Shown here piece after piece: positions 41,083-54,154 of a stretch of DNA of 64,000 bases. The stretch covers positions 4,402,001 to 4,466,000 of the forward strand of contig NEEC01000004.1 in assembly GCA_002189035.1 (NCBI GenBank), given 5' to 3'. Positions within the stretch are counted from its first letter, which is position 1; every line of letters begins with the position of its first letter. The notes under the pieces are model-generated. The model saw only the letters and a list, made by a program, of their open reading frames with translations, was not told the origin of the DNA and did no database searches. The DNA comes from Utricularia gibba (taxonomy: Eukaryota; Plantae; Magnoliophyta). The position numbers and the translations under genes were made by a program.

Positions 41083-41353
41083 CATTCCCAAATGCCACTG
41101 CATTTTAAGCTTATTACATCCTTTAATGGTGTTCTTACATGTCTCTATAGTCACACATTTTGATTGATTGAACTAACCCGGTGTATCAGCGCAGGATGTT
41201 GAACAGGAATGGGAGAGTCGGGCGATGCTCTCTCTGTAACTTTGATTGATGGATCTTATTGACTAAGAAAACACAGATTTGCTGAACATGATGAAACTAA
41301 GAAAGCAGAAATATGTTGGAAGCACCGTATTTCCGTGGAACAAGACAGTTTCT

Positions 41354-42655
41354 TTACTCCATCTTGTAGTCGGCACCCTGCTGCATCTTGGCGCAGTACT
41401 CAAACAAGCTGCCATCGAAGCACCGTCTAATGGCTTCTTTGGATAGGAAGCCTTCCTGGTCTCTTGCTAAAATGTAGAGAACAGTCCATTCCGACTTGCT
41501 TGCAAACCTTCATTGATGATAAAAATAGTAAGAATGGTGTGTTTTATTTGTGCATTAGGAGCAAGTGCATTTACCAGCCGAAGGGGTCGAATGCCACTCT
41601 ATTGCCCTCTGTCATCCTCCACATTTCTCCGAATGTAAGCTTATCTGGAAATGTTTGGGCATACTTGCTGAACATGTTCTCGAAGTTCACTGGGAGAAAT
41701 CTACCAACAATCCCAAATTGTGATTATCCAGAGCAACAACACTTTGCAAATCCTGCGTGAGATTGAAAGAAGTATACCTTCCTTCAGTGTCGTAAGTACC
41801 CGAATCGCTTCCATGCTTGGACTTGTGTATGTTGTGCAGGTATATAGGGAAGAAGGGAGAAGGAATCCAGCTCTTTCCCATGAAAAACAGCAGCCAACAC
41901 ATGAAACAGAGGGGTGAAGTTGCCACGACATCGTCAAAAGGTTCAAAAAAGTTCACCCTCAAGTTTTCGATACGCTAGTGACTTACTGGAAGGGTGGGAT
42001 AGCTCAACCCAATGTTGATACCGATGGCAAGTATCAAGGAAGCAATCATGTTGAACCCAATTTGGCGCAGGCCTAGACAAAAGCGCAGAGAAAAAACAGT
42101 AGCAGCAGAGTCCTTGACAAATCTACGAAGGATTCATGGCTATAAGAAACAAATATGTGGAAGGGGCATACCAGAGTAAGTCTCCCATGGATAAATGATG
42201 CCATTATCATCTTGATCAAAGAAAGCACAATGCTGCTGCAATACACTCAAATTCTCATGGCTATGCCCTGGTGTCCCACTGGGGTGTTCCATGTCAGGTG
42301 CAACCAATCCTCTAGCCACATCTAGTCATTTTTTTTTATCAGATCAACAATTCAAATTACAAACTTTCAAGTCAAATCCACAAAATCCCAAAAGACAAAC
42401 ACAATCTAATGATGATGGTACTCGATCGCTAAATCAAACAGTGTGTGAATACCATAAACCCAGACGTATATACATGTTGGGCCATTCAGCAATCGATCAA
42501 AAAGAAACCTAGCGCGCAAATGTGTACTCACAAGGTTTGGGAATTGATGTTTCCAAATCAGACCTAACAGGGCGCTCCTGAGTCACCGGAGCCAGCATCG
42601 CCACCGAAGTCAGGGCCTCATTCCTCTCCCCACCAGCAATAACATCACTCGCCAT
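41354..42655 (-). CDS. Caleosin / peroxygenase (H-type), 6 exons
   Basis: [21 protein letters not shown]; [25 protein letters not shown] (EF-hand); proline knot [34 protein letters not shown]; [18 protein letters not shown]. Confidence 0.94.
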
Positions 42656-42749
42656 CTCTCAAATTTCCGGTAGAATTCACAGAGATTCCTCTACTCTTTG
42701 CAGAATGGGATTCGCGTATTAGAATGCAACGAAGCGGCGAGACGAAATC

Positions 42750-42830
42750 ACGCGTGTCGAGCATGCAGACCAGACGCTGCACAGCTGAAGGATGCATGAC
42801 ACCGAGAGTACCTTGCCCGGCACATGCGTC
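42750..42830 (-). promoter_or_regulatory. RY and ABRE/CE3-like elements upstream of caleosin
   Basis: CACGCGTGTC ~42749-42758, CATGCA 42762, TGCATG 42793, CACATGCG 42821. Confidence 0.45.
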
Positions 42831-43370
42831 ACCCTACTGAGCTTCGACAATCCTATTGGATACTGTCACCAGATGGGCCCACGCAGATGCCCGAATCAGG
42901 CCCAACTCGATCAAGCGGATGAATAAAAATACTTCCACCAGGATCTCCCATACAGAAGAACAAATGGAATCCCAGCCATTCTCCAGTGTTCATTGCAAAG
43001 GTATGAGCCTTTGCTGCTTGTGTTTCGAGTCGGCCCCTTACGGATTGATTTACAGAACTCGGTGATCACTTACGATCCAAACCAAACATAGCCTCATCTT
43101 TTTTATGCCCGCAGCGGAATTTCGTCGAACAGTAACCCATCAAGATTCTTAACTGTTACCTGAGAGTTCAGAGCGATGGCTTTTCCCCTGAGCTAAGTCA
43201 ACCTCTTCTTCCTGATTACATTGCGAGTCGTAACTACGAACGGAGCGAATACAACTTTTCCTCTTCTCCCACCGGAAGAGGGCGCGGTCCTATACGACGC
43301 CACTGCAGAGCAGAGTCGAGAGTGAGAGAGGGGAGAAGACAGGGGAGCCGCGTGTTTTTATGATGAATAA

Positions 43371-43463
43371 TGGGCCTCTTACTGGGCCACAACCTCCAAT
43401 ATTTGGGCCTGTAAACCATAGTGGCTGTACCTTAAAGGCCCGAATTATGGGCCACACGGCCCA
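43371..43463. promoter_or_regulatory. Site II cluster (five copies) with no adjacent coding start
   Basis: TGGGCC at 43371, 43383, 43404 and 43448; GGCCCA at 43458. Confidence 0.55.
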
Positions 43464-43867
43464 ATATGAGGAAACTCTGGAATCTGCTTTGCTCATCCTT
43501 CAGCCAAGGCCGTCCATGCATAAAGGATGACTTAGCTATGAAAGGTGGGATTTGTCTTGGCAAGAAGTGAGTTCCGATGACTATGGACTTCCCGCTTTGC
43601 AAGAACTGAATTTCGAAAACCACAGACTCAGTCCTCGAGGTTTCTTTGAGATGTTTTTGAGAAACCAAGGGCGTGTTTGCATGTTTCTTATAGTATGAGT
43701 TCTGGGCAGCGATGCGAATGGCATGCACTTGGATAGTTTGCCAGAGACGAACAGCAACCATTATCGATATAGCGAATGAGTTCAGCTCAGCGAAGAAAAT
43801 GTACATGGATTCATACACAGCTCAGGGGTGCATTTCATTTTGTGGAATGAAGACTATTGGTTCCATG

Positions 43868-46451
43868 TCACCTGAATGGTTCAACCGGCTCGGTTTCTTC
43901 TAAAAGGGCAGCAGCCTCAAAGCATTCGGCAGCCTGGGCCAAGGCACAATTATTCTCTCTTTTGTAGAGAAGCCCAAGATTGTACCAAGCTCTGTGGTTC
44001 GTTCTCTCGAGCTTCAATGCATCTGTAAGGAAGCTTTTTGCAACAGGCAGTGACTGGCTATTCATCTGTAAGAGGATCACGGCTATTGATATCAGACTTG
44101 GGACGTGATTTGGTTCGATATCTAGCGCCTTCTTGAATGACTTCAAAGCTTCAGTTTGCAGTCCTTTAGCCTCATAAAGTAAACCTGCTCATGAAAAAAT
44201 GATGAGCATTCGTATAGACATAGAAGCATGAGGTGTTCATGTCAAAAGTCTCTGCAAGTTAAGTTACCTTCAGAATGTAATCTTGAAGCTGAATGCTGAT
44301 TGATTGCCTCTGACTTGGAAAGGCACACCTCAGCATCTTTCCATTGAGACAAGCTGGAGTATACATTTGCTAGATCATGCCATGTTTCCATTTCGAGGCT
44401 CATGACATGCGTCTTCTCCTGTCAAGAACATGGTTGCAGAATAAGCCATGGAAGAAGAAAAAAGAGGAGGGTGAAGCAGCAGAGAAGCTTATTTCAGGTC
44501 ATACTCTTGAGTGCTTCTCTGGGGCTCTGTTGCTCTTTCTGTGGACTTGAAGAAGAGCTAGGAGTCTGGTGTACGTTTCAGTTGCTTCCCTCAAACGGCC
44601 CTGTGCGATCTGTAGCTTAGCCTTCATACGAAGCAACTCTCCTTGATCCCACTTCCCAGCTTCATCCAAAGCAGCATCTACTATGTTTTCAGAATCATTG
44701 TATCTTCTCTGAGCTGACAGAATACGTGCGAAAAGTATCCAACTTTTCACATTAGCTCCAGCTTCAAGTTTCAGCACCTGTTTAGCGTAATACAGGGCAG
44801 ACTCCAGCTTCCTTTGTTCAGCATTTTCAATACTAAGAGAAAACAGAATGCATGAGTTATTTCCTTGCACCATTCTGGAGGCAGTTTCAAACTCTTCTAG
44901 TGCCTGAGACTGCATCAGTGATCTCTGGATCTCAGTTGAAACACCTCTAGACTGCGTTGAATACGCCAGGCCTAACAAATGATGAGTAATGCTGCACGAA
45001 TATCGACACTTTTCCGGTCGAGCAAGAAGCTTTTGTACATACCTGATACCTTCTTGAACCAAATCATATTCTTCCACACAGATCTTTGAAGCTAGTAGCA
45101 ACTCAAAGTCAAGATTCACTGCTTCTCTGTTATTCAGCATGTTCCTTAACAAGTTTAGAGCTACCATATTCTCATCTTCCGCAAGGTAGCAAAGAGCAAG
45201 AGAAGTGTGCTTTTCTTCCTCTTCGACAGTTCCTTGATTCAGCTCTTCGATTTGGAGAGCCAGGGAGCCACATTCACAGGCTATTGACAGTGCAAAAGAC
45301 AGGTGATCCAGGATTGAGGGGTCCCATTCAATCTTCTTGAGCGTAATCTTTTTGAGGATGAGAAGAAGCAGAAGAATAGCTTCTTCAATATTGTTCCTTG
45401 GTATAAAAGAATCCTCCATTTGCGACCGGAGATTTGGAGGGCTTGCATCATGAGCACTGTAAAGAAGAAATGTAGCAAAACTCTTCTCTATTTTTGTTCT
45501 GGTTCTCACATCAAGATTCCAGTGGTAAAGCAGAGCTCTTCTGTATGCCAAGACCGCATCTTGAAACAAATTTGCACGTTGGTAAAGCTCAGGAAGCAAC
45601 TCAACAGCCTTATTTACAGTCTCCAACAACTTAACATAAGAAGATAATGCTTCAGGCAAGCCATCTGGAGCCGCTGATTCAAAAGTGTCCAGAATTACTT
45701 TACATGAATACGCTGCTTCTGCAAGTCACAACAAAGAATGTAACATGATCAACATCCTGCAGTTGAAAGCCAAAGTAGTACAGGTGAATCCAATGATTCT
45801 TTACCTGTGTACCTCCCAAGGGCTTGCAGTGACTTTGCTTTTAGAAAATTAGCTTCAATGAGCAAAGTCACTGCGTGCATAGACATCAGGGGTGAATTAT
45901 CACTTCGTGAATGATGTTTCGTATGCTCAATTCTTCGGACTACAGCAACTTTTATTCTAGGGAAGACTGCAGCAACATCAATGCCTTCAAAAACATGAAG
46001 AGCAGCCTCAACATTTCCCTTTTGATATTCGAGGCGCCCCAGCAAAGCTCGAGCCTCCTGTGAATTGCAAATGCATCAAATAAGTAAAACACAGGGTAGT
46101 CATCCAATGGATCCCATCACTGTATGAGAATTATTACAATCTAAGAATCAAATGTTCATTCAGGGTAATGGAGAAAAGCAGTACCTCATAGTTTAAGAAG
46201 CCACTCTCTCTGAGTGATGATTCTGCTTCTTCTATATTGCTGGTGTCGACTTTCACATCGATATCTGCAGTTCGGGAAGAGTATCCACTGGCAGAGTAGT
46301 CACGAGTGGCAAGGGATTCCGACGAGGGAATTGCTTCATCTGCTATCAAATGCTCACCAGAGCAAATGCATTTCATCATCATCTTCTCCACTTTTGAAGC
46401 CAGTCTAGACTTTTGTTTGTCCAACCAATGCTTAAGCTCATTACGTCTCAT
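43868..46451 (-). CDS. NPGR: NO POLLEN GERMINATION (NPG1/NPGR2)-like calmodulin-binding TPR protein, 5 exons
   Basis: MKCICSGE..RDYSASG..NIEEAESSLRESGFLNYEEARALLGRLEYQKGNVEAALHVFEGID; FIPRNNIEEAILLL; ETWHDLA.VY; AECFEAAALLEETEPVEPFR*. Confidence 0.93.
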
Positions 46452-47759
46452 AACAACTAATGGAATCCTAAACACCAGATGAAAAGTAAAGAACATGAGA
46501 ACAGGAAACTCATTATCAAGATCGCCCTAAACTTCAAAAAGCAAACTTGCACCTAAAAATGTACTCAAATTCTGAACAATCAAAGAGTGAAATAGAGGAG
46601 CACAGCAACTCAGATTACTAAGGATATTCCCAGAGCAACTAAAAGAGACGAAAATCAACTTCAAATCCAGTCACAATTTCACTTGAACACAACATGTGAA
46701 AGTGCAATGCACTTCGACTGAAATTTACCCGACACCCAAAAATGCAGCACCGACGAAAAACGCCAATAGCGGAGTTCAATATTGCCGTTTTCGACAGAGA
46801 ACGTGAAAACAGCAGAAACCCATCACCTCAAAACAGTGAAAAACGAGAGGAAGATAAAAATCGCCTCAACAAGAAAAACAACATATTCAACCTTTGCCAT
46901 GGTTGAAAAAGGTGCGGCCACAACCCATAAAGCACAATGCACCCCAGAACCCATTTTTCATCTCCAGCGCCGATAAAGATCTCTCATCGCCTCATAACAG
47001 CTTCACGAGTCAACTAACAGTCAAAGAAAATTACGCTCTCCTTTCTACTCCCCAAGCGATTACTTTCCAACAAACCGTGGGTTGAGGGTACAAATAATTT
47101 AGGTGGAAGTTCATCTTTAAGCATTAAATAGGATGCCTGAATCTTCCCCCCTTAAAGAACGAACTGAGGCTACCCCACAGTCCAAAAAAGTACGGGATCC
47201 AATGATCCACACTTCACTCTTGGATTTAAGGGGTTTGCCTCTTAAGTTAAGCGCAACTATTACAGATGAATTCGTAAACAAAAATCCAAACTTTAGAGCG
47301 TAGAGTGGGGAAGAAAGCAAAAGTGAAAGCAGTAGCAGCCTTTTTGCACAGCCCCACGTTGACTTTCCCTCACTCAATTATTTATTATGGATTCTTAAAC
47401 CCCTTCAAACCCTTCCCTTGTTTATCGCTACCTGGATGATGGTGGCATTTTCGTGAACGATGAGTTCTTTTGTGTGCTTTTCGACTCCAACAGTGCAACT
47501 GATCAGTTTGCCGGTTTCCAGTCAAAAGGGACCCCTGGCAGTGCTGGACTGTGGGACAGAATGACCTGAGTTTTCAGTGGTGAAGGTGAACTGGAACCAG
47601 CTTTGCATCTCCTAAAAGAATGACCCGGTGTTGATCAAGTACGCTGGCACCCATAAAGTTAGCCATACAAGGTGAACAAACTGTACACCACTCACTACAT
47701 TTGAACAACACTTGCTGCACGCATTAACATCAACCAGAAAAAAGTGTTCTTTTTTGGTA

Positions 47760-49885
47760 TCATCCAGGAAGCCTTTTGCACTTCTTCTGTGAATTCCTGG
47801 CGATGGCATCATACACATCGCGCTTCCGCCTGTTATTTTGGTTATTCTCGGCATTGGTGGTAGTGGTAGTAATGTTTCCATTCGTAGTAGTACCTGGCTG
47901 CGTTGCCTTCAGCTGCGCTTGCAATGTTTCCTTCACAAAGAACTTCAGTTTCCACAAGGTGGATTCACTCTGCACAGATTACAAATCGAGTTTTGTTACT
48001 GTTCCTATTCCATATCCTGCAGCAATGACTCAAGAGAGAAAATTTGAAGGAAATGGCAAACGAAGAGACACCTGAGCATCGATGTTGACTTCAACGGTGT
48101 CCCCAGATGCCTCGAAGTTGGGGTTGCTCTGGGCTATAATCTCCAGAGCCTTGTTGATAGCATCTGATTGCAACTTGGTGATAGAACTTCCCAGCTGCTT
48201 CTTCTCTTCGGTTGTCATCTTTCTGAATCAAGAAAACAATTGAACCGCAATGGCAGAAACAATATAACAAAGGGAAAAAATTAAATGCTGAGGGACGTCT
48301 TAACAACAAGAATCGTTTTTCTTGATCTTTGAAATGCAACCTACCTGCATTTTAGGAGCACGGTTTCTTTGAGCTTCTCAAGCTGGCCTTCGAAAGCCTC
48401 CAGCTGCAAAACGATTTCCAAGAACGAACCCACAAACTCATTAGTCATTTGTTTTGGATTGGAAAATCATCAGGAGTACTATTCAGACTTCGTCTCTTTC
48501 GAGAAAGCAGTAGCTAACACGCCCATTAACAGCTGCTCACCTCAACATACAAGTCTCTAGCATTTCTAGAGTGTTGAACTTCTTGAGCAAGCTGTAGATC
48601 TTTTTCCATTTCAGCATCCTCATCTTTTAGTCTCCTTTCCTTCATGCATTTTCAGACAAATAAAATAGAGAGGGACAGATAAAATAACATACAACACTTG
48701 AGTAAATGATGGGGGAGGCGCAACTACCTCTTCATCCACCTTGGGCAAAAGCTGTAACCATCGTGTCTCGAATCTGTCAAGCAACGATTTAGCCATGACA
48801 TGGACGTCATGTTTCTCATCATTGTACTTCATGGCGTTCTTGAATATCAGCCTCACATCTGCACATATCTCACGAACACTTTTATAACCACTTCCATCCT
48901 TGGCCTCCATCTTGCTTTTTATGGTACTGAAGTCCATCGGCTTCTCAATCACCTATCAGATATTTTCAAGCAAGAGTGAGCTTATCTTGCTGCATTTAAG
49001 TGAAAACGGGTAGTATAACAAACCTAACAGCCATGTAAAAGGAAGATACTTTTACCTCATAATAGTCGTGCAAACCAAGGCCTACCACATCCACAGGTTG
49101 CAAAAATGGTGTAGCCCACTTGTGTTCCATTATCTGAGAGGAGAGGATATTATAAAAGAACACTCAAACAACACATAAAAAAGGAATGGACAAATCATAT
49201 CGTTGATGCGATCAAAAAAGCAATAACTAAGTAATGGATGCAGAGCCAGAGGTTGCTAATGCAAAAACAAGCAAAGCAATGGTGGAGGACGCTACCCTTT
49301 CCAGTATCACTCCAAACTGGCGCATAAGGTCTTGCATCCTCTTTGCTGCGGCCGCTTTCCTATTAAAAGCACCGTGCTGCCTCTTCCTCAAGTTATTTAG
49401 AATCTTATCCCTGTCTAGGCCCTTCAGAGCAGAAATGCCCTTGGGAGTACTTCCACTCTTGGTACTTGAATGTGAGTAAAACTGTTCCACCTCATTAATT
49501 TTGTGTTCAAGCTGCAAGATATTAAAAAAAAGGCTCCTAAAATCCAAGTCCAAACAGCTAAAGGACGTTCGACTGCAACTAAAAAAGATGATAAAGACGA
49601 CATCAAACTTATGGTAATCAATAGAGGAGTTTCATGAAAAGGTTAATAGCAGGAAAACATGAATATCGCGGTTCTTTTCACTGCCCGATTTATATGGCTA
49701 AAAGCACAAAACAAACAGAAATTATACATTTAAAAAAAACTGCACCTTTAATGACAAGTTTATTCTACCTGATCAATTTTTCCGCATATCTCATCCACAC
49801 GCTGATTCAAGCTCTCCATGTGAGAATTGGCATCTTGCAAGCTGCAAGCTGGGGCTCCAAGAAGAAGCACATTCTTTTCCTCCAT
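47760..49885 (-). CDS. GTE: Bromodomain + ET domain transcription factor GTE1/GTE6-like
   Basis: [69 protein letters not shown]; ET domain KMTTEEKKQLG..VNIDAQSESTLWKLKFFVK. A 5' UTR intron donor lies at ~50338. Confidence 0.92.
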
Positions 49886-50787
49886 GAACTAGCTCACTGG
49901 TTCGGTTCATAAAACGAAACGTTAGTTAAAAAAAAAAAATACACCAAAAACATTAGTGAAAAAACAACGCCGAATGTGCTCCCAGAGGAAGCGCATTCTT
50001 TTCTTCCATGAGCAGAAACAAAAATAATTTTTTTCACACCACCGATCACAAAACAAACGACTTTCGAAGAAGAATGCCATAAAACGAACGCGTTAGTCAC
50101 GAAAGTAACGCCAAACACAAGAAATATCTGAAAGAACCGAAAAAAGTACTTTTTTTCACAAAGTCGATTCCAAAACAAGCTACTTTGTTGTAAAAACCAA
50201 ACCTTACACCAGCCTACACAAATCCCAGAATTCGAAACCCTACCCACAAATGTGCACATGTTTCCTGAACAACCCAGGAAGAATAAACCGAAATTCTGGA
50301 AAATCAGCCACACCAGAAATGCATAAAAATACACTTACCTCCAAGTAGGAATGTTTCATAAACTGTTGAAGAAGAAATCAAGCGAAATCTGATTCAGCCA
50401 CTCCCGTGCCTTCCTATCCGAATTGACAACGTTCTTGCACTTCAATTCCTCGGCGGTTTTTAGAATTTGTTGGTCTTCGGAGTAAACATGAAACAGACAA
50501 CCCATTCGCAAATTTCAATGCAATTGGAGTTGCTCATTAATTGGCTTTTATAATCTTTTTTATTATGAAAAATAATATGACGTAAATTTAAATGTATATA
50601 TAAAAATTCTAAGAAGCAGGAAAAATGAAAAATATACCTCCAATTTTCATAACAAATAGAATTCAACATAAATTCTAAACCCTAAAATACTGAATTTGGG
50701 GCCGGATTCAATTGATTTCCAAATTTGGCAAGATCGCCATTTTTGTACAACAAATGAGTTGCAGGAAGACAGGAACTACTACTACCA

Positions 50788-53700
50788 CTACCAGGGTCCT
50801 TCAAGGCGGATGTAATCGTACATAACTTCCTCAAACAGCCGCACGCTGTTGGATTGAGTCAAAAGAATGGTGTTTTCTCCATCAAGGAACAGATTCCCTG
50901 CAATGTCGATGCTGTAAATATAGTGCAACCCGTGAATCCCATGTCTTGCTACTGAGTTGTCTAGCCCGATTGTTCCAGTCGACAGCAGAGGAGCAGAACT
51001 GGGATTGTTGACGCGGACCTGAGAATGATCATCAACCATAAGAATTCTAGGCACCCTTCAAATGATTTTCATGTCAGTTCGCTGGTGAGTTACCCGCAAG
51101 CGTGCTGCTTGTGCTGATGCAAGGGCCAATTGTAGCGTATATGTTGCTCCAGCGTTTCGAGAAGGAAGATGGAATACGATTCGCCATGTGGCTGGTGTGG
51201 ATGTCCCATTTGGCAGGATCCTGATTCACAGCTGTGTCGTCACCAGTGTGTTTCAAAGAGGCTGTCAGGGTTATGGTTAGTACCTGTTAACTTGAGCAAA
51301 AAACCAGTCGTTTCTGTGGTCGCTGGTGCCGATTCTGAAGACCAAATCACCGTTTGGATACAGAGCAGAGTAACGTTCCCAGAGTCCGTACTCTCTATAC
51401 CTGTATATAAGGGTGAACAGGTTAGCAGCTTCAAGTAGTCAGGTGAGGTATGAGGATGGCCATGATTCAAGTCTACCTATCGCGACCATTGTTGTACTCG
51501 TTAGCTCTGTACTGTGGTCCAGGAGCTGGGATGAAGAATTCTCTGGCGGAGCGATCTGGGACTCCGATTTCCCAGATTGTTTTCCCTTTTCTTGGGGGTT
51601 TAAAAGTGATGGATCCTACTGTAACACTGGATCCTGATGAGATCTCCACATTTGGATCATATCTGTAATCTCCCAGGATGCCTGGGACTGATGCGAAGAG
51701 ACTGTAGGTCCCTGGTATCACATTCTTTATCACAAAACTCCCATCTGATCCTGTTTTGGTCCAAAACTGATATCCCTGCAAACAACGCACTTCAGAATCA
51801 TGTCCACTGGTCTCGAAACTGGAACGAATTCGACTGGTTAAGCCAACTGAAAGAAGGATATCAGACCTTGTTTTCGTATTGCCAAGAGCCAGCTATTCCG
51901 ACTGGTGCTAAGCCAACGTATGCTGAGGCAGCGGCCACTGGCTGGTTGTGGACGGCCCTGCAGATGGAACGGAAAATTGATGTAATAAATCACCGGAGTT
52001 TCGCATGGAAACAGGAAATTTCAGATCAACCAATCGTAGACGAGCAATTTCCCGGCGACGGCTCCTCTTTGATTCGGTTTCACGTAGTCATTAGAAAGAG
52101 GGAATGTGTACGGCCAGCGAGCCGCTTCACTTTGCATCTGAGACAAAATTGAGCATACAGATACTGATTTCAGTTACGAAATCTGGAATGATTCTAAACC
52201 GATGTAGGGTTCTTTTTCGCAGAAAATTGGGTTTCGAAAACATATACCGTTTTCTTTGCGTCGTTCCAGAGATTCGAGCGAGATCGGGATGAATCGGTGT
52301 TGAGATATACAAAAACTGGCCCAAAGACCTTTTTCCAATATTCGCCGGCCGCGAATTTCACCGTCAGATCATCCCCGGCGTAATGCCTGCTGATGAACAT
52401 CTTCGCGGTTCGAATCCAAACATCAGAAACAAGGAAGTCCTGCAGATCAAACAAAACGAACAAATTCCCAATTCAAAAAGCTTACAGAAAGCGTCGTAGG
52501 GCCAGTATGAGATGTGAGGTCCTGCTTGAACAGGCCGCCGGTCCTGAACTCATCGGACGGCGTGATCATCCAAAACCCCACCGCCGCATCCCCGGTCGCC
52601 CAGCCGTGAACTCTGTTTGCTCTGCTCTCTAGCGAGTAAAAGTACTTATCATCCACCTGATTCATCACGTGTGCTCGGTTATGTTACCGTTAAAACGGTT
52701 CGAAAATTTCCAAAAGAACCGGCTCAAGATCATCACGAACCGGTTCGATCTCTGTACCTGTCCTTGGAAGGTGGGATCGGAGGGGTTCGTCAGCAGAACC
52801 GCCTCCGGATAAGCAAGAGCTTTTCCGGTCAACCGGTCCGCCGCCGTAGGCATTACTCTCTGTATGCCATCCGCCACAGACATCCACGAAAACCTACACA
52901 AACCAACACACGAATCATGATTCTGAACAATCGCGTTCTCCTTCCTTCACTCGTAAAACTGTTTTTCATTCCACTACATATTCTGTTGAAGCTTGAAGAC
53001 CATTCTCAATTCCGCAATCGCGAACGCCGGCGCGGCCGCCGGTTTCTCGATCACCGCATACGAATAGAAACCAGAGCTCCCCCTCAGGACAACGAATCTG
53101 CGACAGTCCCACACGGTAAGTAACTGCATGCCGTCGCCACAAGCTATTTTCCGGCACCATACCGTTTATCGAAATTCAGAGGGAGTCCTTTGCTACCGGA
53201 ATTCCAGGTGGAGGAGAAGGAGACCTCCACCTGGTCGTTGCTCTTTCCGATCACCTTGTACCTCGTTCCGACCATGCTGTAAAAAGAAAGTCAACTGGGG
53301 TTGGATCGAGGGTGACTTTCCAGAAACATGGTTTCACTTCTTTTTACCCGATATAGCAAAGTCAACGAGGGTATACTAGTAAATTACGTGTGATGCCATG
53401 CAGCCTCGGGTTGTTACAAACGTCCGTGTTTTCATTTATTTCTAGTTACCAATATTTTATTCCCGAATATTCATGTCCTTTTTCTATTATATTTTATTAC
53501 AAAAATTAAAAAAAAAACAAGAAAATAAAATTACAAACTGTCGTGATATGTCTGAAATGGACATTTCAACAGTACTTACCCGTCAATGATATCTCCACTT
53601 GGTGTAGTCCAAACGGCATCCCAGTGCCTGGGTGGTGATAATTAGCAATAAAATTAAAATTATTAAAAAAATAAATATAAATATAAATAAAAGTGCAACA

Positions 53701-54154
53701 TAATTGTTATGACCTATTACCCTCTTTCGCCAAACTTAACGCCATTTATTTGAAGCAGATTGGGACCTCCGTTGTACGTCAAACTGGTGATCGCTCCTCC
53801 GGGCACCGTCAGATTCAAAGAAAGGATTTTGTTCTCTATCACCACCTGGGAGAACAGAAAAAAAGCACCCCATGTTTCAAAATGCTTCCGAAAAGCCAGG
53901 GATTGATGGGCTCTTGGGATTACGTAGGATGGCTTTTCGATGATTTGCACGGCCGGAGCACCTCCGGCTGCCGCCGCCTCCCGGAGCAGAGGTTGGGATG
54001 GATCGCTGCTGAATGCAGTAAAAGTCAGTCATCCGTCGGAGTATAGTAAATGGTGTAGGAAGTAGCGTTGCATCAACCTGGCAAAAACCAGTAACACTAA
54101 CAGCCATGCCGTCCGATGAAGCATCGAGCGTCGCCCCGTCTCCGGCGTCTCCAT
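50788..54154 (-). CDS. Rhamnogalacturonan lyase family protein (PL4), multi-exon
   Basis: VVIEN.ILSLNLTVPGG..; RFVVLRGSSGFYSY; VDDKYFYS..VHGW..VGFWMITPSDEFRTGG..KQDLTSH.GPT; HYAG..WKKVFGPVFVYLN; GYQFWT; IWEIGVPDRSAREFFIP; ARHGIHGL; MYDYIRLEGPW*. The start may extend to ATG 54486. Confidence 0.93.

Larger units (their letters stand above)
40470..41250 (+). ncRNA. Putative spliced non-coding snoRNA host transcript
   Basis: ATG-less first exon with GC hairpins; donor GTGAGT 40542; branch-like CTAAC 41173-41177; acceptor CAG at 41189 or 41194; the intron contains two H/ACA-like RNAs. Transcript ends are approximate. Confidence 0.5.

Noticed and set aside
41116-41275. Possible third H/ACA snoRNA (ACATCCT/AGGATGT stem, ACAGGA H-like box)
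   Set aside because: No convincing upper stem, pocket or rRNA match, and it overlaps the predicted acceptor and exon 2 of the host.
43501-43561. miR169-like fragments (CAGCCAAGG..GATGACTT and TGTCTTGGC)
   Set aside because: The mature-like sequence is interrupted by 17 nt and the fold-back is short and poorly paired; most likely coincidence in the NPGR 3' region.
47430-47505. C/D snoRNA-like segment (ATGATGG..CTGA with a 4-bp terminal stem)
   Set aside because: Imperfect C box, no rRNA/snRNA complementarity that I can recognise, and no supporting promoter on that strand.
49894-50334. 146-aa Phe-rich ORF
   Set aside because: Lies in the T-rich 5' UTR intron of GTE; its composition reflects intron sequence.
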